Below, piece after piece: positions 39,201 to 53,390 of a DNA stretch of 64,000 nt. The position numbers and the translations under genes were made by a program. Position 1 is the stretch's first letter. Each line of letters opens with the position of its first letter. Under the pieces are notes generated by a model. That model was not told the DNA's origin. It did no database searches and worked only from the letters and a program-made list of their open reading frames with translations. Source of the stretch: Tubulanus polymorphus (lineage: Eukaryota > Animalia > Nemertea); assembly GCF_964204645.1 (NCBI RefSeq), contig NC_134025.1:6138001-6202000 (forward strand). The letters are read 5' to 3'.

Positions 39201-39894
39201 CGCTGAATCGTCCATTATCATATTGCCGTAAATTAGGTTGATAATATTTGTGCGTTAATGAATATTGATACTTTCGCTTAGTTGCATCAGTAGCTTCACG
39301 CAAATTAACGGACAGTCAATTAGTGTTTGTGACTATGATGAGGCAACCGTGAAGGCTTGTCGTTAATATAAAGTGCCTCTTGCTTTTACTTCTAGTATCA
39401 CAATGACCAGTAAATCATCGAGGTGACATCTAAATTGAAACTTTAGAGCCGCGTGCAAACAAATTGTACTTCAATCTGTAACAGCAGAAACCCTTCAGAG
39501 TGTCATAGCATATGAGAACCATTTTTGAAACGCCAATAATCTCGAAAACATCGTTGAAAAAATAGATTTTGTGGACGTAGTGATCGAATTGACGGTTCAT
39601 AGCTATGAAAATACCTACCACTTCGACCAACTGAACGGGACTCAATGAAATATTTATTTGGATGAAATCGGTTGAGTTTATCAGCGGTCTTGCATCATTG
39701 TTTCTTGGTGTCGATAAAATATCATTTAAACACTTTTCTTCGCTTGATAGTACACCTTAAAAAGAGATGTTATTAGCCAAGAAGCTATTAGAAAAAACGT
39801 CCAATAATGCGATACATTTTTAAGTCGGCTTACGTGAATGCAGCGAACGGATGAATCCTATAAAGAGTAGAATAAAGATCCAAATCCTCGACAT
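36267..39894 (-). CDS. Divergent nAChR-like (non-alpha) Cys-loop cation channel subunit, 6 exons
   Basis: Signal exon from 39894 (MSRIWIFILLFIGFIRSLHS), then ~39755-39619 (SEEKCLNDIL...ARP), 38310-38266, ~38106-37994 (WFDASLTWN...VWLPDI), ~37678-37122 (Cys loop CNIDMTYFPFDEHEC, ESWAY, YFVINILLP, PPDAGEKISLSMTLLVAYSVF) and ~36776-36267 (M3, M4 DWRLLAKLLDRLFL, TAA). Confidence 0.92.
36869..36955. mobile_element. Tourist/PIF-Harbinger-type MITE with TTA target-site duplication
   Basis: ~27-bp TIRs (agcccaacgcgcacggcacagggaaac / gtttccctgcgtcgtgtgcgttggact, 4 mismatches), flanked by tta at 36866-36868 and 36956-36958. Confidence 0.8.
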
Positions 39895-40851
39895 TTTGTC
39901 TAGTATTCCCCGATAAGTTCTATTTATCTATCCCTTCTTATCACATACACAGTGACAATCAACCGACAGGAAAGTCATTTTCCATTTGTAAATGTCTAAA
40001 CCCCCTCGTGATCGAAGGGTACTGTGGACGTTGCGAGATTATCAATGCGGCGTGTTGTATTCCTCAAGAGAACTGTGTATCGCAATCAGCTGCGCTACTT
40101 ACAAAGAAAAATGCACGCAACATTTTACATGGTGGAGTAATTTTCTCCAAATCAAATCATTGCTGGAAGGTTTTTAGTCGGGATGACTTAGCGATGCCAG
40201 TTTTAGAGCTCGCTCTTAACCCACAGGGGCGGTATGCATAAACAACGAGTAGAGGTTTTCTACACGTCTTAGTCGCTGATCGGTACTCATCATGTGTTCA
40301 GAGATTCCAAGGAAAAATATCATTGTAGGCTAAAAAAAATGATACCTTGTTTCTACTAATCGGACTGATCACTTTTGTACACTGCAATCAAATTTGCAAT
40401 CAGTTCATTTATATATATGTTATGGTTAGCCTGATCATGATCTAAAAAAAGGTTATGTACAGGGTGTATAAGCGGCCGTTTAAAACTCAGCAGGAAGGAG
40501 AAACAAAGAGTCATTTTATTAGCCTTATTCTCGGAGTGTAATCTAAGCAAACAATTACGTGGATGATACTAATATTCGCCGAGTTACCGTACTGTAAAAT
40601 ACGGAAGCTTATTTGGGACTCGTAACTTAAACCTCCCGTAGACAATGAAGATAGTAGTTAGTGTAATAGATATAAAGTCATTTGATTAAGAAATGGATTT
40701 ATGAGCACACCGGTTATTTATTGATTGATTATCTAATCTTACATGATATTTCTTTCTACAAGTATAAATGTATTTGTTATAATAGAAGTATGTAACATCC
40801 TGGTGAGTACAGGAAACTTTTGAGAAAATGAAGTAAAAGACTTCGATTATC

Positions 40852-43800
40852 CTATACAAATTGTCTAGTTTCTTCGCTTACACTCTGTTTTTCTCGTAGT
40901 GAACCATTCTTGTTATATGGGCGCAATTGATGTGACTGTAACTGGGGCTTCATTAAATATCTCACTCGCTGAAAATAAATTTTCGAATTTATTCATATAA
41001 CCTATTGAAGAACATGATAGAAGAACCAATGACACCACTCATTGCTTTAGTGATATTCGCCTTTTTAATGAACTGAAGCAATTTGATGATCATACAATGG
41101 AAATGTCAGAAAGTAGCCATGATTGGAAACATCAAAAATTGCAAACGGCCTAAATTTATATAGAATGATAAATCTTAGTGGAAAATGTCCTCCAAACAAA
41201 TATTTTGAAATTCTGTATTACAACTTACTGCAGACTGTAGTTGTAGGGAAGCACTGAGAACGTGTTCTCAAATTTCATGAACAATAATAAGAATTTGAGA
41301 AAATCGAGCGTAACGTAAAATTTCCTGTTTTTAGTTACGCTATGTAAATTGGTTTTCATTCATTATTGCGTACGCCATACCTCTTTCAGGGTTCCAGGAG
41401 TCCTAATAATCTTTACTAGCATTATTATTGGTATTTGTACCATGGATAGTAAACCCAGGCAAACTCCCAAAACCTGAGCCCAGGTTGGATACAAATACAC
41501 TCCATTGTAACTGAGTAATTGAAATTCCACAGCACTGAATATGAATATTGCCTAAAAAAGAAAGATAATGGATATCGTGATTCACAATGTTCAAAAGATA
41601 TTCTCATTGTTGTTGTAATTTCTAGTATAGCTTGCGTGTTCAGCGTTAATATTTCTTATACACCGACCGTAGCTATAATCGGTGCAAGTCCCATCCAACA
41701 AATCATAAACCATGGATTTATTCGGTAGCCAATCATCGCTTGAATATCGTCATAAAATCTTCTACCACCTGCCATAATAGAAATAATAATACTAAGATGT
41801 AAAATCAGTCAACTGTCTTCAAAGAGTAGTTCTCCCGGTAAAATAATTTTACCGAATATTTCACTGCAAAATGAATACCGATTTGTTTCACTGTACAGAA
41901 GTAGACTTGACCTTACCATAAAACCAACCGATTGTTACGCATTCCCAGATACACACCCAAAGCATGCAGAAACCGCTGGCCGAATAGTAATCAAACATTT
42001 GGAATATATACATTCCTCCCTGAAACAGAAAAAGCAATTTTCATTTTCTTTAAAAGAAAACTTGTGGAAGTGGATTTCATAAGGTAAGAATCAATGACCA
42101 AACAGAAGTTAATAGCTTACGTTTGTCATCATGCACAGACTGAACAAGAACGTGATAAAACAATATATAGCGATACCGAATTCTCGGGTTGGACTTTTAC
42201 TGAAAAAGCGAGGAAAGAAATCGCCTAATACTGTCACAACAGCCTCGCACTGAACAAACTGAAAACGAAAGAGACTCATTTTAAACAAGTTCCGAAAGGT
42301 AGGAAAGCTATCGTCATATTCTCCCTACATATGTAACGAGTGTTGATAATGCTTTTCGAAAAAGAGATTGCTATTGATTTGTTGAATTAGATCTATTCAT
42401 ACCTGGCTGTCAATACCGAGAACGAGAATCATCAGGAAGAACAACACTGCCCATAACTGCGGGAAAGGCATTTCAGCAACAGCACGTGGGTAGGCGATGA
42501 ATACTAAACCCGGACCTACATTACGATATATGATGCACATTTGTTAAAGTTGTAAATTTTGAGGATTAATCTGTTATTGAAAAAAGTTGCTTACCTTTTT
42601 CAGCGACTTCAGATATCGGTATACCGGCGTTTTTGGCCATGAATCCGAGAATTGTAAAAATAGCAAATCCCGAATATAAGCTGGTTCCGCTGTTGATGAC
42701 TGCGATCATTGCGCATTGCCTGCAATAAAATCCTACTATCATACGGAACCTACTAAACTCATTTCAATAGAAACAAATTATTGTCTATGAAGCATACCTG
42801 TAACAATTGTTGTTGTACTTGTTATGGCTACCTAATGATATCAAAGCTCCTAAACCGATAGCATAGCTAAAGAATATCTGCGTTCCGGCATCAATCCAAA
42901 CCTGTGAATGACATCAGTTAAAAGATATTGAACTCCAGTTTTGCCGACGAGTCCCGAATGAACGATGTTCACAAACCTGTGGAATCAGAAGCGAGCTGAA
43001 ATCCGGTTTTAGATAGAATATGATTCCATCTAAAGCTCCGTCCAGCGTCACTCCTCGTATGAGAAGAGCCGTTAAAACCACGTATGGGAATAGTGATGTG
43101 AAATAGACCACCTAGCAAATAGAAAACATTAGTATGAAATGTATAATTAAAGTGAATACTGAGGTGTCTTGCTGAGTTATAATGTGATAAGTGAAAAAAA
43201 CTAACGGAAGTGGGCCCCGGGACATGTTTGTAAAATATTTTCGAGGATATCCCGAGTTACACAAGATCCATTTTAACTGAGAAGACTAGTACATTCCGAG
43301 TTAGCTACTTAAAACCTCGAAAATTTTCTAAACATGGGAAATTGAAAAAATGTCACTGATTATATTATGAAATAGACATGATAACTGTACCTTTCCCGTC
43401 CATTTCACACCACGAAATATACAAAGGTAGACCAGTATCCAAACGAATATCAAACACAACACCATCTGCCATATTAGAGTACCGGGTTCATCTATACCTC
43501 CTGATATCTGTAAAAATCTCTTTCTGGAAAGTGCGATGTATGTACAAAATGTATAAATAATCATGTAAATAATTATGCAAATAATTACATTGACTGCGTA
43601 TCAGATGCGTTGATCCAGTGCCACAGTTCGAACTTGTGATTTGAAATAATTGAATTAACTTAAAGAACCTGACGATAAGGAGCCGGGTCCTGGTATAAGA
43701 TTAGACGAATAAATCTCAATCCAACACTTACTCCCAAAATTCTACTACAGGGTCAACCCCAGTGATATTTTTCTGTAGTTCACATGTACTATTTACAGAT

Positions 43801-45055
43801 CCATCTGTCATACTGCAATTCAACGCCACAATACGATGACTACATCTAGAAATAAAAGTATTTGTTTCTTACTGGCAGTAAAAACGGATGTTTCATAATT
43901 TTCGAAATGGTGGGTTTATGTCACTTACGCATCCGTGTTCCAGTAATTATCGCAATTTGACCAGGGTAACACTGAGTTAAACGCGAAAACACAGTAATAC
44001 ACTGACCACGTCAGAATCACTATGTAGTATACGTTCATAAAACAGACAATCACCACATTCGAAGCTCCGATACCTGGATGAAAATTGAGAAAAGATTCAT
44101 AGCTTCGCTTATTAGAGTTCGATCATAATACTTTTCTTATGGTTTTCGAAGTGGAGGACAAACAACGCACCTTGCATTAAAGGGCATATGCGCCATGCCT
44201 TCCATCCGCCTAAACTCATAAACTGCCCGACTGCCACTTCCATAAAAAATATCGGTACTCCGCAGCAAACCAAACATAAAATATACGGGATAAGGAAAGC
44301 ACCTGAAAAACAACCGCCATTATTTTTCCTAATTATCTTTTGTCGATTGTATAATACTTCCAATCTAGGGCACAATAAGTACATCGGAAAGCAAATATGT
44401 CAAGCGAACTGTCAACTCGAGAATTCGATCTAATCAAACTGATCCGGTTAAAAAGTACCAGGTCAATATTGCAATTTGAGATCCTAACGAATTATGGTTA
44501 TAGTATTATATGAAGAGAATAGAGCCGAACGCAAAAAAAACAGCTTTACATTTTATCTTATCATTTACCTATCATTATCATTTTGTCTTTCATCATCATA
44601 TGAAAATCAAATTTTTTTATTTTAGATTAAGTATTTATTTTTGTTGTAAATAGACAAAGTATTAAAACTAAAAATTCAATTTCTAAATCACAAATGCTTA
44701 TCACAATTTTTACCATGGAGATAATCGAGACCATTTACACATTTTTCAGGCCAATCATTTTGATGACGTTTCGACTTCATTTCAAGTTATCAAGTAGCTT
44801 AGGATTAGGTCTAGTTTTAGCCAAAAATATTATATATTTGTCATAGTTGCCAAAGATTTCATACTAACCACCGCCATTTTTGTAACAGAGATATGGAAAA
44901 CGCCAAACATTTCCAAGACCTACAGAGAAACCGACGCAAGTCAAAATAAACTCGAATTGATTCGCCCAAACTTCTCTGGGTGGTTCAGATTCTTCCTGTT
45001 TTTTCTCCGTTTCATCTAACTCCATTACTCCAGGGGAATACATTTTTCGTCCCAT
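40852..45055 (-). CDS. SLC6 Na+/Cl- dependent transporter, GABA/taurine/creatine clade, copy A
   Basis: MGRKMYSPG...[126 protein letters not shown]. Terminal exon RVRYLMKP...FV* ends at 40852. Confidence 0.93.
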
Positions 45056-45466
45056 TGCCTTGAAAATAAGCGAAGCGCCAACGGGATGCGCAACTCTATC
45101 GAACAAAATGATCTACCAGTAATTAATACTTGGTGATCTGACGACCATCACTGCTCGATGGTAATGTCTAATAGTACGATTATAAACTGACTTACATCTT
45201 ATCTCTTTATGTCTTCGAGGGCCGTTAATTGTATATGCATGTGTAAATAACCTAGAAAATGAGATAACCACGTCTGGAGTCGTATGGGACCATTCAGTTT
45301 ATAACCAATATGTAAAAAGACTGATGACTGAGAAATTTAATACCAGGCGCACCGATTCGAATAATAAAACGAGAAGAAAAGAGCAGTGGTTTAGAAATAA
45401 TGTTTAATGTTTAAACCATCTAAAATATTTAACAATTGAAATGGGTTATGGTGACACATCGTCATT

Positions 45467-45515
45467 GCTGCCCAGCAGAAGATAAGCGAGGTTAGTCGTA
45501 ATACACCGGTCAATA
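45467..45515 (-). promoter_or_regulatory. Conserved non-coding block upstream of SLC6 copy A (paralogous to 59168-59216)
   Basis: 49-bp block with 43/49 identity to the block upstream of copy C. The immediate flanks do not align. Confidence 0.5.
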
Positions 45516-46212
45516 TTCGTCTTATTGAAGATAAAATTACAACGCATTAAAACGACCCGTCGAAAGAACCGAATTATCGTGGGAGAACACTGTCCTACCT
45601 ACACACAAAGACACAATTTGCAATCTCGATACCAAAATGAGAAAAGTAACGATAGGATTTATTAATCTAACAATATTCACTACTTCAGTTATCAGTAACT
45701 TCATGCAGCATATTGCACGAAAATGATGGCGTGAGAGCAGTATTCAAGCACCCACGGGGACGGTGTACATATAAGATAGGGAAAGCTTTTTCACATTTTT
45801 GATTGCTGATTGATAATCAACGGATTTTCAGGTATTTTAGGGAAATCATATTTTAGATCGTCGGAGTATCTTTAGAGCAAGCGATATGTAGATACCTTAA
45901 GTAAAATAAATGTATGCTGGTACCAAAAGCCGTGATATTCGATGATCTCAAATCGATAAACAGAAAATAGGGAAGCTAATTTTGAGACTCGTTTAAAACT
46001 CGCCAAAAACACATATTAAGGAGAGAAAAGTAACAATCATATATGTTGATTGATTATCAAAAAGTTCGTTCCATAAATATAACCAAGTTATTCATATCAA
46101 AGGATGAATGAAGCATACTAGCCTAGTGCGTACAAAAGCAGATACATAGATATTGAAAAAAATCTAGTCACACCGGAGACTTTCGAAAAGCGAAGTAAAA
46201 AACTTCGTTATC

Positions 46213-49200
46213 TTAGAATATTTTAGTTTCTTCGCCAACATTCTTCGTTATTCGCAGTGGTTCATTCGTGTCTTGCGGGCGCAATTGATGTGACTGTAAC
46301 TGGGGCTTCATTAAATATCTCACTCGCTGAAAATAAGATAACGTACTTATTCATATACCCTATTAAAGAACATTGATAGATGACACCACTCATCGCCATG
46401 GTGACACTTGCATGATAACATCATGGGAATATGAGAAAGTAGCCATGGTTGAAAACATCCAAAATTGCAAATAGCCTAAATTCACAAAAAATGTTGAACA
46501 TCGGGGGAAAATATGTTCCCAACAAACATTTTGAAAAATCTGTATTACAACTGTAAACTGACGTAGGAAAGCATTGAAAACAGTTTTCAAATTTCAAAAA
46601 CAATAAGTAATTTGAGAACAATCGAACATAACGATTTATTTTCCGGTTTTTTTTTTCATTACGCCAGACAAATCCGTTTCCATTTATAATTGCGTCAATC
46701 ATACCTCTTTCATGGTTCCAGGAGTCCTAATGATCTTTACTAGCATTACAATTGGTATTTGTACCATGGATAGTAAACCAAGGCAAACTCCCAAAATCTG
46801 AGCCCAGGTTGGATAGAAATACACTCCATTGTAACTGAGTAATTGAAACTTCACAGCACTAAATATGAATATTGCCTAAAAAGAAAGATAATGGATAAGG
46901 GGATTCACGATATTCTAAAAAGATACACGTATTTCTATTGGAGTTCTCTCGCAGTCAATGGTAATATTTCTTATATACCGACCGTAGCTATGATCGGCAC
47001 AAGTCCCATCCAACAAATCATAAACCATGGGTTTATTCGGTAGCCAATCATCGCTTGAATATTGTCATAAAATCTTCTACCACCTGCAATAATAGAAATA
47101 ATAGTACCGAAACAGGTTAAATCAATCAATTATGGTTATAGTTCTCTGGGATAGCTACGGCAATTCTATCATGATGTTTTTATGATGTAACCTCTGCGAA
47201 ATAAGTACCGATATTTCTTATTGTACAGGAGCACATTGAATACTTACCGTAAAACCAACCGATAGTTACGCACTCCCAGAAACACACCCAAAGCAAGCAG
47301 AAACCACTGGCCGAATAATAATCAAACATTTGGAATATATACATTCCCCCCTGAAACAGAAAAAGCAATTTTCATTTTCTTAAAAAAAAAACTTTTGGAA
47401 GTGGATTTCATAAAGTTAGAATCAATGAACAAAAAAGCTTACGTTTGTCATCATGCACAGACTGAACAAGAACGTGATAAAACAATATATAGCGATACCG
47501 AATTCTCGGGTTGGACTTTTACTGAAAAAGCGAGGAAAGAAATCGCCTAATACTGTCACAACAGCCTCGCACTGAACAAACTGAAATTCAAAACGACTCC
47601 CTTTAAACAGGTTCTGAGAAAAGAATCGTCTTAACAAACAAAAACCAATGCATTTAATTAGATTTACTTATACCTGGCTGTCAATACCGAGAACGAGATG
47701 ATCATTTATGTTTCATGAAAAAAAATGATTGGTATTGATTTGAATTAGATATGATTTATATACCTGGCTGTCAATACCGAGAACGAGAATCATCAGGAAG
47801 AACAGCACTGCCCATAACTGCGGTAAAGGCATTTCAGCAACAGCACGAGGATATGCGATGAACGCTAAACCCGGACCTAAAACGATAAAAACAGAAAATG
47901 TGCCTTTCCGTTGATGAAGTTAAAGAATCAATAATTGGAAAAAGGTAATTAACCTTTTTCAGCGACTTCAGATATCGGTATACCGGCGTCTTTAGCCATG
48001 AATCCGAGAATTGTAAAAATAGCAAATCCAGAATATAAGCTGGTCCCGCTGTTGATGACTGCGATCAGTGCGCATTGCCTGCGAAGAAATCATATCGCAG
48101 AATACAATGTTGTACTACTAATCATAAAGAACAATATTAACTAATTTCAATATAAAAAAATAATTGTCTACGAAACATACTTGTAACAGTTGTTGTTGTA
48201 CTTGTTATGGCTACCTAATGATATCAAGGCTCCGATACCGATAGCATAACTGAAAAATATCTGCGTACCAGCATCAATCCAAACCTGAAAATGACATCAG
48301 TTAAAAGATATTGAACTCCAACTTTCCGACAATTCCCGAATGAGCGATGTTCACAAACCTGTGGAATCAGAAGCGAGCTGAAATCCGGTTTTAGATAGAA
48401 TATGATTCCATCTAAAGCTCCGTCCAGCGTCGCTCCTCGTATGAGAAGAGCCGTTAAAACCACGTACGGGAAAAGTGCTGTGAAATAGACCACCTAGCAA
48501 ATAGAAAAAAGTCACTACGAAACGCAGAAGAAACTAGAGGCGTATTGTTGATATATATGACCAATACACAAACAACTGACATTAAATGGTGCTGTACCTT
48601 CCCCGTCCATTTCACACCGCGAAATATACAAAGGTAGACCAATATCCAAACGAATATTAAACACAACACCATCTGCCATATTAGAGTACCGGGTTCATCT
48701 ATACCTCCTGATATCTGTAAAAATCTCCTCCTGAAAAATTATGTACATGCAAACACATCGAGAATCGACAAATAATCAGACCTTGTTATCTAGAAACCCA
48801 TAAATGCGGTTACAGTTAATTTCATGTGAATAATTACATACGTATATAATAGTGAGTATGATGAATTTCGGAGGATATGTCTCAATCCAACACTTACTCC
48901 CAGAATTCCACCACAGGGTCAACCCCTGTGATATTTTTCTGTAGTTCACATGTACCATTAACGGATCCATCTGTCATACTGCAATTCAACGCCGCAATAC
49001 GGTGACTGCATCTAGAAATTAAGGTTTATGTTTTTCGTTGGAAATTAAACGGAGGTTCTATTCGTTTCTGGTCTTTTTTAATTTTCGATAAAGTCTTTTT
49101 ATGGGTTTGTATCACTTACGCATCCGTGTTCCAGTAATTATCGCAATTTGACCAGGGTAACACTGTGTTAAACGCGAAAATACAGTAATACACTGACCAG

Positions 49201-50054
49201 GTCAGAATCACTATGTAGTATACGTTTGTCAAACAGACAATCACCAGATTCGAGCCTCCGATACCTACATGAAAATTGCGCGCACAGATTTATAGCTTTG
49301 CTTTGATACTTTTTTACTAATAGGATTCCAAGTTGTGGACTAAAAGCGCACCTTGCATTAAAGGGCATATACGCCATGCCTTCCATCCGCCTAAACTCAT
49401 AAACTGCCCGACTGCCACTTCCATAAAAAATATCGGTACTCCGCAGCAAACCAAACATAAAACATACGGGATAAGGAAAGCACCTGAAAAATTACCATCA
49501 TTATTTTTCCTAATTATCGATTGTATAATTCTATAAATCTCAATTAGTGCACAATAGGTACGTCGGATAGCAAATATGATTCATTTAGCGATCCATCAAC
49601 TGTATTATTTGATTTATAAACACCTATAGGTGAATATTGTCAAATTTCAATATATTTTCGTAATAGAGTTTTTCCTGAGTGGAATAGTGCCCACTTTTCA
49701 GACGAGTTAATTTGATGACGTTTCGACTTCATTTTCAAATAAAAAAGTGTCTTACTATTGGATAATTAAGCCAATGTAGATTGGAATAAAGTGCACTTTA
49801 TATAACTGCGAACACTTATCTTAAGAATTTTTTTCATGTATATTGTTGTCTAAGATTTCATACTTACCACCTCCATTTTTGTAACAGAGATATGGAAAAC
49901 GCCAAACATTTCCAAGACCTACAGAGAAACCGACGCAAGTCAGAATGAACTCGATTTGATTCGACCAAACTTCTCTGGATGGATCAGATTCCTCTTGTTT
50001 TTTCTCCGTTTCATCTAACTCCATTACTCCAGGCGAATACATCTTTCGTCCCAT
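46213..50054 (-). CDS. SLC6 transporter (GABA/taurine/creatine clade), tandem copy B
   Basis: Same exon series as copy A with high identity. ATG at 50054, terminal exon ...GEETKIF* ends at 46213. No in-frame stops were noticed in the exons examined. Confidence 0.9.
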
Positions 50055-50702
50055 TGTCTTCAAATGAGCAAAGCGGTAAACACCTTCGACAGTACAAAAT
50101 GTTTGGCCAGAAACTAAACGCTTGGTTATTCTACGGCCTCCATAGTTATGTTTTTTAGTATGACTGATCTTATCCGATGTCTTCGAGGGCCCGCGTAATG
50201 CATGCGTACGTAACCTAGAAAATTTAGATAACATATGTTGGACTGATTACTATAATATCCCTGAACTGGGCTACTGATTCACGCACTAGGTCAATTTTTA
50301 TTAAGTAATCGACGACTCCAATTTTTGATATTTAGAAACATACGGAAATATGTAGTAACTGTGGTTAAGATTCCACTAGAAACAGGATCGAGAACAGCTG
50401 AGAAGAATTCCGTGTGTACAGTATGAGAAACTTTATTAGAGTGCCAAGTGGCGGGAAAGGGGGCTGCATGCAGAGTTACATATAGGTCATATTGATTGAC
50501 AGTTCAGTAGTACCAATAACATCAAGTTGTTTCCGACAGTAACTGAGATATAGAAACGTCAAACATTTCAAAGTTCTACAGTGAAGCCAACGTGAACTTG
50601 ATATGTTAAGAAGAAACTGATGACTGAGAAACCTAAAACAGGCGCACCGATTCCAATAATAGAACTAGAAGAGCAGAGTGCCGAGGAGTATGGATGCTAG
50701 TT

Positions 50703-53390
50703 GATCTTAAAATAGGGATTGTCCCCATTATTTATTTATTTGGCTGGTAAATTGTGTTTGATTTTTCGATTGAGTGTCCCTTACAGACCCACCACACCTG
50801 CCGGGAGCGAAACAGGGGGTTTGATTTTGAAATCGGAAATCGAAGTACAGATATAGATGTGTGATCGGCGGTCGAGTTAACAGAATATTTTTAAATCGAA
50901 GTACATAATTGGAAATTCGGTTCCGGTTCATCCAAACAATCTTCCATTCAGTCTGAACCGGCAAGCGACTGATTGGGATGAATTTTTCAGGCTGCCTAAT
51001 TTAATACATTGGGATTCTGGAAATAGCTATATTACAAGGTTGAAGATCATTTTGTCCATTTTTATATTTTTTTGGTCGTTTTCTACGTGTAAATAGTCCG
51101 ATAGTTTATTGTGGTTTTTTTCCTCGGGTAGATGTTGATGTAAAAGTCCTCTAAGTTGATGATCCCGCGTGTTGACTAGATAGGAAGAAAGCACATTTCG
51201 AAACGCAAATTTTCCAGATGAGAGTATGGCCCTGGGGTATCCGAAGTGTAGTTGTATGACATCGACGGTGCAGCTCCGATGAGGATGGGTTCTCCGTCAA
51301 GGGGTGCGCAGTTGGTACTCCACATCTGGTGCTGAATTTGCCTAAAAGTAAAATTTTTACACTGGGAGCAGTTTTGTGTTTCTAATATACAGTGCATAGT
51401 TAGGTCCGTGAATGTATCGCAATCAAACTGACAGTGCTATGCGCATTGATAGACCGTCAGTAAGAAAGCGGCACAAACACGAGAATATTTAATACATGTT
51501 TTTACACTTACATATATACAATGTTGATCGGGTTTATTTAGATTGTCATGATTATGTTTTTGGTAGTTTTTAATGAGACAGATGTCAGGAGGCAACTTTC
51601 CAGTCACCATTGCGCGTAGATAGACTGAGCTTGCTATCCTAAGGCCAAAAACGGAGGCAGCGTTCCAGCTATCGTGGCAATGAGACTGAGTTTACAGTCA
51701 AAACACCAGAAACAGTAAACAAACTAATGCGTATGTGATGATATAGATCAAAAGAGGTCAGACAGTTATATGCGTATTGATAGACCGTCATCCCTGTTCG
51801 ATCTAAATCAGAACATACCTCAAGTGTCAAAGTCGGGATATGTAGGTGTAAGTAATAAAAATATGGCGTTGGGTTTAATTAATAGACTACGCTAATGGTG
51901 TCGATTGTGATTCTGTTTACTACGTTCAGTCCGCTTGTGTCCAGGTGTATAAGTACATTGTTAAGAGTCCAAATATGAAGGTTTTGTTGAAGCATGATTT
52001 CTTGGTTTAAGCGATCAATTAGCGAGTTTTTGAAATAAATTATAGTGTTGATGCGGCCAGAGCCTTGTTCTAGATTGTAGTGATTTTTTTACAAAATGGA
52101 TTGTGCGAGAAACAAAAGGTAGTTCGCGAGTGTGCGTTTGAAGAAATCTCTCTAGGTGTGTCTAGTATGCGTTGAATGATTGGTTGTATAGATGAATATA
52201 ATTGCTGTGCTTCTGTGCATGAGTATACTACATGGTCATTCGTTGCCGCGCGTCCACAAATTTTACAATTTGGATCAGATTTTATTTTCCAAAGTACTAG
52301 TTTTGAAGCTGTTGCAAGAGTATTATGCAGTAATTTCCAATGAATACCACTAAATCGTCTATCAATATGTTTATTATAAACTTCATTCCAAATTTTTGTT
52401 TGCCCTATCGGTGTGATTTGATGGAGATTTTTTAATAATAGAATTCCATAAATTTGAGATGATAAAAGTTTTCCTATAGTACACACTATATTACCAAATT
52501 GTACATAGATTTTTGGTAATTCATCAGGATCTAAATTTTGATCAGATAGAATTAATTTCCAATGTTGCGGTATCGCATTGTATATACATGTGTGTTTAAA
52601 TTTATTTGTTAATGGAATTCCGTTAAATGCTTTGTAGTTACCACGATTATCGAATAGATGTCGTAGATTGATTATACCGTGATGTATGTATTCTGTGAAA
52701 TTGGTTTTCTTGTTGAGCTTAATTTTTGGGTTGCCAAAAATAGGTTTTTGCAGAATTTCGGTAATGGTCTCAGTTGTAACTAGATGTTGCTGAAAAACTG
52801 TCCATGATTTTAATAAATGCCTGTAGTCGTCATTTGTAATGACTTTTTGGGGTATTTCATTGTGAATGATGTTTGAAATATTCCAGCCTGGGCCTAGATA
52901 TTTTTGCAGATTGTAGTTGATAAGTGGTTTCCAGTGTGTTGGTTTTAGAGCGTGGTTTATAATCGTCTTAATTGCCTGTGTTTGTTGTCTTTATTTAATG
53001 TTGTGTAAGTCGAGACCTCCGTGTTCGATTTTTTTATGTATTATGTCTTTACTGACAAGGCGTTTTCCATTGTCCCATAGGAAATTGATGATTTTTGGTT
53101 CAAAGATTTTGATATATCTATCTGGAATTGGAAAAATCTCGGAAGTGTACCATAATATAGGTAGTATAACAGAGTTTATGACAACCTTTTTGCCATGTAA
53201 AGATAATTTAGTTTGGCGCCAAAGATTTATAATATTTTGAATTTTATTTATTTTCGGATTCCAGTTTAAATCATCAGTGTTCTCATTTCCGAAATGAATT
53301 CCATAAATTTTCATTGATTTCTTCCAATTTAAGTCCAAAGGTTTATCGTTTCTAGCTTTCCAAGATCCTAACCACATACACTCAGTTTTT
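50703..53390 (-). mobile_element. 5'-truncated non-LTR retrotransposon (L1/Tx1-like ORF2 C-terminus plus long 3' region)
   Basis: The ORF2 remnant reads KIYGIHF...NWNPKINKIQNIINLWRQTKLSLHGKKVVINSVILPILWY...INFLW...HGGLDL. After an in-frame TAA at 52991-52993 the same frame continues (PIFGNPKI, GIINLRHLFD, NAIPQHWK) to a zf-RVT-type motif HWKLLHNTL...CKICG...HVVYSC. The 16-bp direct repeat agtatggatgctagtt at 50687-50702 and 53391-53406 is the TSD. (TAAA)n lies near the 3' end at ~50728-50740. Confidence 0.9.

Noticed and set aside
52917-53240. 107-aa plus-strand ORF with a hydrophobic N-terminus
   Set aside because: Antisense shadow of the A-rich LINE ORF2.
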